DNA of 64,000 nt, taken from assembly GCA_046563655.1 (NCBI GenBank), contig CM102290.1, forward strand, positions 12,028,001 through 12,092,000, given 5' to 3'. This DNA is from Yuukianura sp. NJ FZ-2021. Its lineage: Eukaryota. This document shows positions 23,822 to 35,500 of the stretch, piece by piece (the stretch's first letter is position 1; the number at the start of each line of letters is the position of its first letter). The notes beneath the pieces were generated by a model, which saw nothing but the letters and a program-made list of their open reading frames with translations, was not told where the DNA came from and did not search any database. A program made the translations under genes and the position numbers.

Positions 23822-26800
23822 ATGATGCCCAACAGTGTGTGGCGCATGGGCGGGAAGCCATATAGGAGAACAGTCTTCGTTCTGCTTTGTTTCTGCATGG
23901 CCTATGCCATTTTCCATTTTGCCGCCAAAGAGTCACTGGGCGTCGGTGGACCAAGTTTATACGACGACGACATCATTCAGCTCCGACTCAGCGGCCGGCC
24001 TCAACAGAGCACCGTCGGGGCCAGTCAGCCCTATGTTGAGGGACAGTCAGTTGCTTCGGAGATTTTGGCGCCAAAATTTATGAGTTCAGTGGCTCCACCA
24101 ACGGTGAATAGAAGAAGCAGATCTAGCAGTACTGGAAGTGGCAGCAGTTTGAATGGCCTCACAGTGGCGTCCACTTCTTCAACTCCAAGCTGGAGCGATT
24201 CGGAGGAACCCCTTGTCGACAAAGAAACCAAAACGCCTGAGGCCTTGATCCTGGAAGCGGCAGCTACAATTCGAAATATTCCACTCCCGCCATTTATTTT
24301 GTCAAATACTAAAAACGGACCAAAGTACTACCGGAATGCGAGCTGTGCTCGGTTTCCGACTGTGTATGACCTTGAATTCAGCAACACTTACTGGCAGGTA
24401 TGTTTTACCGTCGGTAATTTAAGCAGCGATAAATTCCTAAGCATCAATTTCGTCTGCAACAATTTCAGAATTTTTGAAAATGTTAGTTTTACATGTTTGG
24501 TAATGTTTTAATTTTTTTGAAATTTTGGTTTTTCAAGACACTGAAAACTTCCAACGGAACGTTACACATGTACGGTGCGTACTTTGATATTCGGGAACTC
24601 AACCGGATGGGCCCGTCGCTTCGGATTCTTGGAATGATGGACCGAATCGAGCCGAACGTCACTTCGTGGTGCCAAATCTGGTTTGAACAGGAGGCGGAGC
24701 CAGTATTCTCACCGGTATGACGCATGCGTAACACCAACAAAATGGTCTGAGCCGGTTGTAATCCATATCTTTCCGTGTATATGCAGGTTTTTGAGTACAA
24801 GTACATATGGTTCAGCAAGTGGGGCAACTACAAGCAAGGAGTCTTTCAGCCATATTTGTTAGGATGTCAAGTTCCGAAGAGTCATCACGGCAAGGTCAGT
24901 CATAAAATGGACCAATCAGGGAACAGATTTCAAGAAGTACTTCAAGGTTCAAACTGATTCAAGTTTTCCCGCTCTATCTGAATTTCAGGTTCCAACGTCA
25001 GTGTCGGTGGTTGAAAAACCATGTCACCATGCCAATAATAACATGCGAGTCATCTTTAAGAAACCAAAGGTCAAGGACGGTTTTGCCGTTTGTGTTAAAG
25101 GATTAGACTTTTTACATGAAGATTTGTCCGTGCGTCTCGTCGAATGGATCGAACTGCTCGGAATCCTCGGAGCCAGTAAAATCTTTTTCTATGAACTGGC
25201 TGTCCATCCGAACATAACCAAAGTAAATACATAGAAGAATTCCAAATTAATTTATTCATATTCACATTCATTAATAATTCATAAATTTGTATTTTTTCAT
25301 CTTCTATTGTTTAGATTCTACGCTACTACCAAGGCACAGGTCAAATCGAAGTGACTCCGCTGACCCTCCCGGGAGGTCAACCGAACGACCCGAGACTTCG
25401 GCATGTCTATTTAGGCAAGAAGGTACGCATAAAAACCCATTTAAAATCGTAATTTTTTTCAAAATTCCAAAATTTATAAATTCGAAATTTTTGGGGTCAA
25501 AGGTCAACCATAAAAGACAAAATGAAGTGATTCCCTACAACGATTGTCTGTACAGAAACCTCTACCAGTATGAATACATCGCTCTTCTAGACATTGACGA
25601 GGTAATTGCTATTAATAAAACTGGATTTTAAATTTTGAAAAAAAAGTTGTAGCTTCAAGACAAGAAATGTGAAATCGTAAACTTTTTTTGTGTAAAAATT
25701 TAAACGACTTTGGCAAGGTAGTTGAGATTGAGAAGTGGAAAGTGCATATAAGCTTAAAAGAACTTTTGTGCGCATGACCTTTGAGTGGTCAAACAGGTTC
25801 AAGTTAATTTGTACAAAGTGCTGAGAATTGGGTGTGGGTAGTCTATTAACAATTTCTCCTTTCACTGTTTTTCAAGGTAATTATGCCCATGCGCAGTGAC
25901 AACTGGAGAGAGTTGATGATCAAAGTGGATCGAAAAGCCCGCGAATCCAAAAACGACTCCCGCGCATCCTACAACTTCCGGAATATTTACTTTATGGACA
26001 GTATGATGGATGGACGGACGTGGTGGCCTGGGATACCCAAGTACCTTCACATGCTACAGGTAACTTTGACGGGACTCGAATGAACGGAAACTGGTGTACC
26101 GGATACCTTTGAACGGATTTGGATGGACGGAAGTTGCGTTCTCATAAGTTGGTTCAGTTGTGCTATCTCTCCATCAGTGTACTCGTATGACAGTTTCCGT
26201 CCAAATGTGTCCGAGAATTCCAGTACATATTCAAAAAGAGAAAAGATGAAAATCAATCATTCGCAGTGCGATTCAACACGTTACTGGCAGTTCGCTTAGA
26301 ATTTTTATAGCTTCTCAATTTCAATTGATTCGTGACCTGTGAAACCATTAATTAGAAGCATCATAAATTTCAATTTCTTTTAGTTAATTGTGCTTCTTCG
26401 TCTTGGTAAGTTAGAAACAGCAATTGAGTATTTGGAAATCTCAAGTATCGCTAGAATTAACGCGAGCATGCGTAGTTTGCCTGCCAGAAACTGCTCAAGT
26501 AGTTGAGAAACATGTTGAATACAAATTACTCCATTTTTTTATAGTTAAAAGTCAAAATAAAAACTTTCGTGCTAGAAATAGGAACAGCATTGAGCAGTAC
26601 CATACAATCGCAGTTGCGAAAAATTTGAATTTGGGGCAAATTAAAAAAAAACACTATTTTTTGATACTTTCAGCATGTCTACCGATCTCGAAACTACACA
26701 AAGCCTGGCCAGTATGTCAAGTGCTTCCATAACCCCGAGCGGGTCATTACGCTCCACAACCACTTCCCTCTAGCGTGTCTCAGTGGCTCCTGTACATCAT

Positions 26801-27066
26801 TTCCCGTCGGAACGGAATTAGCCCAGTTACAACATTACAGAGCCGACTGCGTACGGGCACTCAAAAACTGTGACGAAGAGTACCGTCGAAACTCTATACT
26901 GGATTCTACCATTTGGAAGTACAAGGATGACCTGATAGAACGTGCGAATAGAGTACTTCGAACTCTTGGCTTCATCCCACCCCTCCCCACCAACCCCAAC
27001 ATCCCCACTGGGGATGGATCGCCACCCCTCTACGATAATTTCCTACAGCCACTCCAGCCATCCTAG
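23822..27066 (+). CDS. Glycosyltransferase family 92 (DUF23) type II membrane protein
   Basis: Exons 23822-24397, 24538-24714, 24787-24894, 24989-25222, 25315-25422, 25503-25601, 25877-26059, 26674-27066 splice in frame. Short basic N-terminus, TM helix (TVFVLLCFCMAYAIFHF), Ser-rich stem, then FSNTYWQ, YGAYFD.R, WCQIWF, FAVCVKGL, RLVEWIEL...LGA, YNDCLYRN, a DxD motif in LLDIDEVIMP, VKCFHNPE, LHNHFP, and AQLQHYRADC. Confidence 0.92.
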
Positions 27067-28869
27067 CTCTCACCATAACCTAATGTTAACATTAAGGTTA
27101 AAGACCCACCTTAATGTTATTTTGGGTGAGTTCATGCGTAGTTTCTACTTTCCCAACGATAACGTCGCCCTCAAGGTCACAGAGGTCAACGGAGACTTCA
27201 AAAATGCCATGATTGTAATTTGTTCCTTTTTACACTGTCGCAAAATGGAAGACTTTGAAATTAGCTTTTTTCAAGCTGGCAAGAACGCTGAAAGATTTTC
27301 AAAAAAAGAATCGGAAGACGAGAAGACGACTTTTTCAAAATTTTTTGGAAATTAAATTTTCCGGTAACCGCCATTCCTTTCAGAACCAAAAGTGTCAAAA
27401 TAGGTTTACAGTTTTAGTTAAAGCAAATTTCCAAAAAGTTCCAAAAATTTTAATTGCAATTATATAAGATTTAGTTGTAGTTAACAAATTTTTACTAACT
27501 TATACCAGTACCAGTGACTAAATGTGTTGTAGTTTAGTTTTTTATAAGAACATGATCCAACTGTCCCGGTGTGTAACTCTTGTAGTTTTGTTGTCACTTG
27601 ACCCCTGGAGGTCAGATTTAAAAATTGTAAAGTTAGGTTAGTTAAAAGCAGGAAATATGCTCAAGTCCAATATTTTAGAATCTCAGATGGAACTTAAGGC
27701 AGGAGGTTGTAGGGGTTTGGATTGAGTTCCCTTTGAGCTAAAAGTGACTTTGATCCTGGAACTGTGTGATTATTCCACTGAAAACTAACTGATTAATTGA
27801 GTAATCAAGGCTTTGATTATCAGTCGAGTGCCGATTCATTGTTTTAGTCGGTCGTTGTCTTCCTATTGGAATTTGTAAACGGACATTTACCGTCTTTGAG
27901 AAAGCAGTTAAAAACGATGGAATAAATCTAGTCGCGGGAACGGACTAAACAACGGCACAGTTTTTTTTTTTTGATTATTTAAAAAATTGTTCAACGCTAG
28001 AACTTCTTTTAGAAATTGATAATTTCATATACGCCCCTACACACGGGATTGAAAAACATGGAGAATGAAAAATTCACAAAATACTACTAAGAAATGCCAT
28101 GTCTATAACAATGGTCAGTTGTAGTGCCATCCAGCGGTGGATGCAGTTGGGTGATTGAGTGAAAACGGCGGGGATTTTGAATTCTGCTCATTCCAAATTC
28201 AACAGTTTGAAAATATTTCAGAAACTGGGAACAAGAGGCCTAGGAATCCAATAATAAAATGAAATCCTTCAAATCACCAGGCAGAATCCCCACACAAAAT
28301 ACGCTCCACAACAATGAAAAATGTCCACCAAGAGTGCAAACACATTTCAGTTGTTTGACTGCTTTTTTGAAATTTTACATTGAAGAAACTGCTATTCAGC
28401 TATTGGGGTGCTTTGATCCGCGTGTTCGGGAGCTAGACGAAAGCACAACTTGGACAAGCAAACCAAAAACGAAATTAACCAGAGTTTAGAATATGCAAGA
28501 AAGAGGGTTGATGAAGAGTAGTAACTTTAAGCGCAAAGAGTATAGCCGGCTTGTGGTTAAATTACTACCTAAAATTATAATTTGGACTACCTAAATAATA
28601 TTGTACTTGGATTTGCGAGTTTTGGAGATTCAAAGTTATAATTAAAATAAAACACCAAGTCCATTTATAACTGTACTGTATATTTTATGCTATGAAGCGT
28701 AAAAGCTAATTGCAATAAAGGTACCTTTCATGGAAGTGCAAAATGGTACAAATTAAAATTGTAATGATTACTCGTTTCTAGCAACATTTTATTATTTTTT
28801 GTAATAGAGGTCGAATGTGGCAGCTTTTTACATTTTCACAAAACAAATGAAAAAACGAGTAAAAAGTTA

Positions 28870-28941
28870 TTCCCATGCGGGGAATCGAACCCCGGCCATT
28901 CACGTGAGAGGCGAATATCCTAACCACTAGACCACATGGGA
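28870..28941 (-). tRNA. tRNA-Glu (anticodon CTC)
   Basis: Minus strand TCCCATGTGGTCTAGTGGTTAGGATATTCGCCTCTCACGTGAATGGCCGGGGTTCGATTCCCCGCATGGGAA (72 nt). 7-bp acceptor stem TCCCATG/CATGGGA, A box, anticodon arm TTCGC-CT CTC AC-GTGAA, T arm CGGGG-TTCGATT-CCCCG. Pol III terminator TTTTT at 28865-28861. Confidence 0.97.
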
Positions 28942-31677
28942 TGTTGTTGGGGGCTCGCTATTCGATGGGTGTTGAAATGGTGCAAATTCGGTTTTGCAAT
29001 TTGCCATTTGGCGAAATGGCAAATGAAAATTTATCAATTACGCTTCGCCAAGCCTTTCTTAACCTTAGTCAATCGTATGAATTAAGTATTTTATATGCTC
29101 AAAGTAGTTTAAGTTATCCACCCACGTTTTATTATAAAGGTTTTAACGGAAGCTGTCTCAATTTGGCATCATTCTATACAGTAAAATAGTATGTCTAGTG
29201 ATTACGTACTACGGTGGTAAATGTTGTGTTAGCGTAGTTCGCGTATGTTGTTGTGAGGCTCTGTGCGTATGTTTTGTGTGAAAGGTTTCTCTATATTCGG
29301 ATTCTTCCTGTGGTATGCGGTCTCTCCCATTCCCCCCATCTCATCCCAGAAGAAGTTAACAAGGAAAGTGAAGGGATCCGCCATTTGACGAAGAGGCGTC
29401 GATCCGGAATACCACGATCCACGATCATCCGTCAAAATAATCAAAACACCCAATCTCCAGTATCATTCCAGTTATTTCTACAAGATCATCTGCCCTTTCA
29501 CATCTTCGTATCCACAATTAGCAACGGGACACGGTCATTACTCTTTTATAAGTCTTAACGGTACTATTTTGGCCTCAATTGATTACGAAACTATTGAAAC
29601 TTACAAGATCATCAACAAGGAGTTCAGTTGACACACGGACTATCCGAATCTAACTGCTACGTTGAACACTTCTTCATACGTTCCAGTCTTCCAGTGTTCT
29701 TCAGTTGACATTCCACTCCTAAGCTCAACGATACTGGTGGTGACATTGCATAGGCTGCATCTCGTACCTTCGTCTCAAAGTGATTAATTGTGGCACTCAT
29801 TTACAGCATCGTTAGCGGCCTACTACTAGTTGAAACGAATTACTCGGCCCATCACTTTGACCTGTTTGACACTACAAGGACTGGTTGTTAGTGCTCTACT
29901 GCTGCACGCAGTTTGGCTCAATGCAGAATGGATTCCTAAAACCAAGGTATGCCATCATTAGTATAAGGATTTATGATTTATCACATGATTTATTGAACTC
30001 AATTCAAGAAATGTATCTCGTAAGGTTGGTGTCACTGCCTTCTAGGTCACGGTATTGTCTTGTTCGGGGATAATGGTTGCCATTGGTTATGTTTCAGAAG
30101 AGATGTGTGCAGTTAGCAGAATTAGGATCAGGATGTAAAAGCACCGACATGGATTCAACGATCGTAGAATTTCAAATCAATTGTGAAGGTTTTGAGCGGA
30201 CCGACATGATTTATGATTTAATTAATGGTTTAGTAGAGTTGGTGAAGAGAGGGAAGTGGTGTCGATGAGGATGAATCTTGTTTTGCCGTTAGATTACATT
30301 AAGATTGGATTTCCGTTGGTCTATATATTGGAATCTTGACTCATTGGTCCATCGGTGGTGGTCAATCATGCAACCCTGACATGGACATGAGTCAATCACC
30401 GTGTAAAAATTGTAACCATAACTGATTTCCTAGGTTGTTGCATAAGGTTAGCATTAGGGAGGTGAAGCCAGGCCAAGGAAACGTTTTGTGGTCGGTCGCG
30501 GTTAGAGTGGAGACTAGTTTTTTTTATGTTTAAGATCATGTTCCAATTATTCAAAAATTTTAATATTTGGGAATAATTTTAAACAGAATGACGATGAGTT
30601 TCATTCATTATTTGTTGAGTTCTCACGAGATCATGTCAGCTTTGAAATATTTGATGAGTAAATCGGTTTGTCCAAAAAATTTCCAAACTTCATCACTGTT
30701 CTCAGAAGAAACTTATCTTCTGTTAAGGCCTAAAGTATCAATCACGAAGGCTTAGTAGTCAGTCGTTTGCAATTTGAGTGGGACCGGGATCATTGCCAAC
30801 CATTATTTTGGATCTTCCTGTGTACTTTGGGAGTGACATTGGTTGAAGAATACCCTGACTCAGGACTAGTATGACTCATCCCAGTCTCCTGGAATTGAAA
30901 TGGTCCATTTTGAACTTAGAAGAACAATGAATCTATCATAAAACGTGCAGTGTTGTATTCCAAGTAAATATTAATGTTTAAATTGATAACGACTTAACCC
31001 TGTCGTACGTGTAACTTAACGGTCACCCCAATGTCATTAAGGCTATTTGACTTTTTAAGTTGGCTAACGGAACACGACACCACTTGATGACAACCATATA
31101 GCACCGTGTAATGTTGACGACCGTTTCAAATTTTAACTCTTACGACTACAAATCACGACTCACGATACTTCAACTTCACAATCTTTTGTCACTAACTTCA
31201 AACTTTACTAGCCACTATGGATAAGGCGTAAGTAGCACTTCTCCTTGGAAATGCACCATTTTTTCATACAGTTTCTCCAGGAATTGCGGCAAACTTTAAC
31301 AGTGATTCTAATTGCGGAAGTATTTCCAAAATACTTGAATACTTACGATAAATATAACTAATTTGTTGATACAATTTGACTTTGATTGACGCAGGTATAC
31401 AGAATTCAGTAGATGCGTCAGGGTCAGGTTGGGATTAGATAAAGCACTGGTTGAATTTGCGGTTAGTAAAACAATCTGGATTGCGGTTTGCGGTTGTAGG
31501 ACAATGAAGAGGTTTAGACAAACCTTCATTTGTAAATATTCAATTCCGAGTGTCAGAAATGACAGAAAATTGGTCGTGACCTTTGCTACTCTATCAGGAT
31601 CTGTATCTCGACGGAATTCCATTAGTCTACTAAAGATTAGGAAAATTAACGCTATGCTGTACGCTAACGTAAATTTG

Positions 31678-31723
31678 ATTTTGACGGCAAAAGACGGTAG
31701 ATTTTGACGGTAAAAGACGGTAG
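31678..31723. repeat. 23-bp tandem duplication
   Basis: attttgacggcaaaagacggtag attttgacggtaaaagacggtag (1 mismatch). Confidence 0.8.
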
Positions 31724-31988
31724 AGTTAGAGTTGGACCAAAATTGTCAAAGTTAGGAAGTTTTTGAAGACTAAAGACGGAAAGACTATGCTGTGAAATTA
31801 TTCCGAGTGGTTCGTAGAAGATGTTGTGACAGGTTTAGAAGTTGGATCTTCCCGCATTAATGTCTACCCTTATTGTTAGTCTCCGGTTTTAAACTTCGTC
31901 GATGACAGTTTTTCATAAACTCCCGCGTAGTTTTTCGTCCACGACTAAACAAGGTAGGTAGACAGAGAAAGTTTGATGCGGAACTACT

Positions 31989-32130
31989 TACCGTGAAACT
32001 TCAAATATAAGCCGGCTTTAATAATCCGGGGGCAAACCGGAAAAGCGTTATTGGAGACTCTCCAATACAGGCTTTGTCTCTGGATGCCCGAAAAATGAAT
32101 GTCTGGGCGTGTACTAGAAGTTTTACGGTA
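31989..32130. mobile_element. ~140-bp MITE, same CCGTAAAACTTC/TA family
   Basis: TA|CCGTGAAACTTC ... GAAGTTTTACGG|TA. Confidence 0.65.
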
Positions 32131-32454
32131 AGTAGAAACAACTTTTTAAATTCTCAAGAAATAAGGATCAGTTGAGCCGATTTTCCAAAAGTTGACTTCT
32201 TAATAAGTAGAGTAGGTTAGGTTTTAGTCTTGTTTAAAAAGCGAGGGAGAAACTTAAGCTGAAAGTTGGATCGGATTTGAGTTGTTAATTTTTAAGGCAT
32301 TGGAAGAATTTTTGAACAAGATTTTCAGAAAAAAAAAAACTTTTTCTTCAAAACTATTCAAATTGGGAATTGGACCTTAGATTTTTTTTTGTGGTGTTGA
32401 ATGACAGAGTCAATGTGTGATCGCTTTGTTTTACTACATAGCCAGTATCCTCAG

Positions 32455-32512
32455 AACGTTTGGATTTCGACTTAAAACGTTTGATTTTCATTTAAAAAAC
32501 GTTTGGATTTCG
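32455..32512. repeat. Three degenerate ~22-bp tandem units (aaacgtttggatttc...)
   Basis: aacgtttggatttcgactta / aaacgtttgattttcatttaaa / aaacgtttggatttcg, directly upstream of the proposed delta-catenin ATG. Confidence 0.6.
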
Positions 32513-32538
32513 TGGCTAATCATTCAAACTTGACGAGA

Positions 32539-35500
32539 ATGAGTGGCCATGCTCCAGGGCATATTCCAGCTGGAAATGGCGACGCCTGTTTGTAAGTATT
32601 TCAAAATGTTTCTAAATACCGCCTTCGTCTTGTCTCCTGTGAGCATAGTATTGTACGGCCTCTTTGAGTTTTTTATGCCTCGGAGTTTGTTTTCGGGTAA
32701 AATTTGTTTTTCTTTTCTTTTTTTTAATTTGTCAAAAGACGGGAAAGACTTCGGACTATAGAACAACTGAGGGGACAGAATTTTGCAACGTTTTTAATAC
32801 GAGAAAACGCAATACCAACACGGATTTCACAGTTTTCCCTTTTCCCGCCAAGAATTTTTCGAATTTCTCACAGATCAGCTTTTCAGATTGCTAGAAATCG
32901 AAATTTTTTAGTTTTCTTTTTTCTTCTGAATGATGTCAATTTTGAAAAATGATTTTCTTTTTCTTCCGTCTGTCTGTAGTCACCGTTGTATACCTCAGCT
33001 GCTGAAGCCTAAAATTGTTGAGTTTAGCACAATTAGCGAAACTTATGAGGTGGGCGGAGCCGAAAGGGCGGTCACAATTGTATCTGTTCATTTCCCTGAC
33101 AGACGGGGAAGATGAATCGCTGTAGTAGTGTAAAGATGCATGGAAACGAAGATCTTGAACAGATTTGAGATTTAAATGAGACAAGAAAAATATGGTGGAT
33201 GGGAGCACTTGAGTTGAAGTCAAGTCAAAAGACGTTGCTTGGTGATCAGAAATTGTGGTGATTATTAATAGAATGGAAGAGCCTTAAGGCTTTCGTCAAT
33301 TCAAATTTCGGTTGTGGGGAAATCAATGTTGGTGTTGCGTTTATAAAAGTTAAAAATTATGCGCGCAGGGCCATGACTCATCATCTACGCCACTCATTTC
33401 TTTTAAAAAGTTTCAGGTTTCGAACGCTTTTTGATTTTACAAGAAATTAAAGTGGGTTCCTCGTTGTGCCAGTTTTGGCAGGTTACCAAAATTTTACTTT
33501 GTGTTTTCCCGAGAAAATTTCTTATAGTATCTTTCTTATATAACTTGTCTCAAATTTTTTCGGTTTTCGAACGAATTTTTTTTTGCCAATGATGCGAAAA
33601 TGAGAAATTTTGCAGAAATTTTGCAGAAATTTGGTATTACGGCACTGATGACCTTTCGATTTTGAACGTATTTTTCGTTTTTTAGTTAATTTTTGGTTTA
33701 CTTCTCAGCTTTAGTTTACTGCTTTTGGAGTATGTTGGAAAGTGCGTCAAGAGAAACTAACTGTGCTAGGTAACTTTGACGTAGTTTGGGCTTCAAGTTT
33801 CGCTGAGCTAATTAAAGGATGAGAGATGCTGGGGAAGTTTTTTGGGCTGGAAGTATTTTGTTGATGTTGTTTCCAGTGTAATGAGCAGGCATGTGACGGA
33901 ACGACAGGAGAGAACCATCACGCGTACAGAGTACACGTCGTCTACCAGTACCAGGTGAAGTTACCTAGTTACGGAACAATTAAGGTTTAGTTAGTTATTG
34001 CTTGCCACTTTTGGGTTTTGAATTTTGGCGGACTAAAAGATTTAAGTTGTTTTTGTAGAGGATTTGGAGGGGGTACGACAAAGAGCAGAAATTTCTTTGA
34101 TTTAAATCTTTGATGTTTGTTTACCATAGGCCTAATTCACCTGTTGCGGCTTATAGACTTTGTTGTAAGATATAAAACATAAAGCAAACTGTCGCTACTT
34201 GGATACATTCCGTTTCGGTAGTCATAGCTCCAATTTGCAAATCTTCAAATCTTGGTTCGTAGTTGGCAGCTTCTGAAATTTTTTGTTCGCAAATTTTCTT
34301 TGCATTTTTTTTTTTGCAAAGTTTCTTTGTCGAAATACTACCTGCTAAGAGGGGGAGCCCTTAACAAAAGTTTCCTTGGAATATTTCTGGTTCAATGTGT
34401 TTTGTGCTTGTATCGACTTTTTGAAACTTTTTTGCTTCTTTAAAATGCGTTTCCGAAGTAAGGGTTTCGATTATTCTGGGAAATGGACCAAGTCGGAGAG
34501 CACTTTTGCTTTTTTGCTGCCATTTGAACTTTGAAGGGGAGTCAAAGGACGTATCTGTATGACTCAGAATTGCGAGTTTCAGTTTGCAAATATTAGGTTC
34601 CGAACTTATTTTATTTTCATACTGTTAGTGTTGGAATAGCACAATTAATTGCCAATTGATTTTGTATTTCTTTGAATTTGTTCCTTGTACTGGTGGCTTT
34701 TGTTCTATCGTGTTCGTCATCCGTTTTGAATTTCTGTTCCACGAAAAAGTGTAAAAGTTTATGGAGTGGGTGGAGATCGGTTTGACCTTTTGCGGAAAGT
34801 TTTGACCTTGGAAGTTGCCCAGAGTAGAAATTGGGCATGGGGTCAATGGAAATCAATGATTGATTTTCAGTGGACTCGGAAGAACTTACTGTTTGGATCA
34901 GTCAGCGGACGACGAATTCTTCTGAATGGCTGAGAATTCCTTAAGTGCTCCACTCGACCGTCCCCAAGTCATTCTTGCGCAGTGAAAGAACACTTTTTGC
35001 TTGTGTCGTGATGCTTTTCTGGATTTTTGGTCCCAAGTCTCTGATTTGAGTTATTCTAGAACTCTCATGGACGGTAACTTCTGGACAGAGTTGGCATGCA
35101 ACAAATTGAAATATTCAAAAATGAGATTTTCACTGAAGTAAAACGCAAAAAAAAGAGCAGTGCAAAATAACCCCAAGTGGAAGATACATTTTTTGCACTT
35201 TTTTGCATTTTTGTGCAATGTTTTTTACTTTTATGTAAATGTAAGTGAAATAAAATGCGAGTGAAATAAAAGTGCAGTAATTTAAAAAAAAATTATTTCA
35301 AAAATTTTTATTAAAAATTTAATTCGATTGACCTTTTTTACCATTTTTTTCACCTGCAATTCCAATGCTAGAAAACCACGAACAGTGCAAAATTTTCAAC
35401 TCTGTTCGCAGCATAACGTAAGAAATGCGTAGGAGAATGTACAGAAAGAGTTCGGTGCTTGAGTTTCCATTCCTTCGGGTTCACAAGTTACCGTCCAGAA

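Noticed and set aside
30779..30890. Possible MITE with gggaccgggat / atcccagtctc ends
   Set aside because: Only ~9/11 TIR match, no clear TSD and no second copy in the window.
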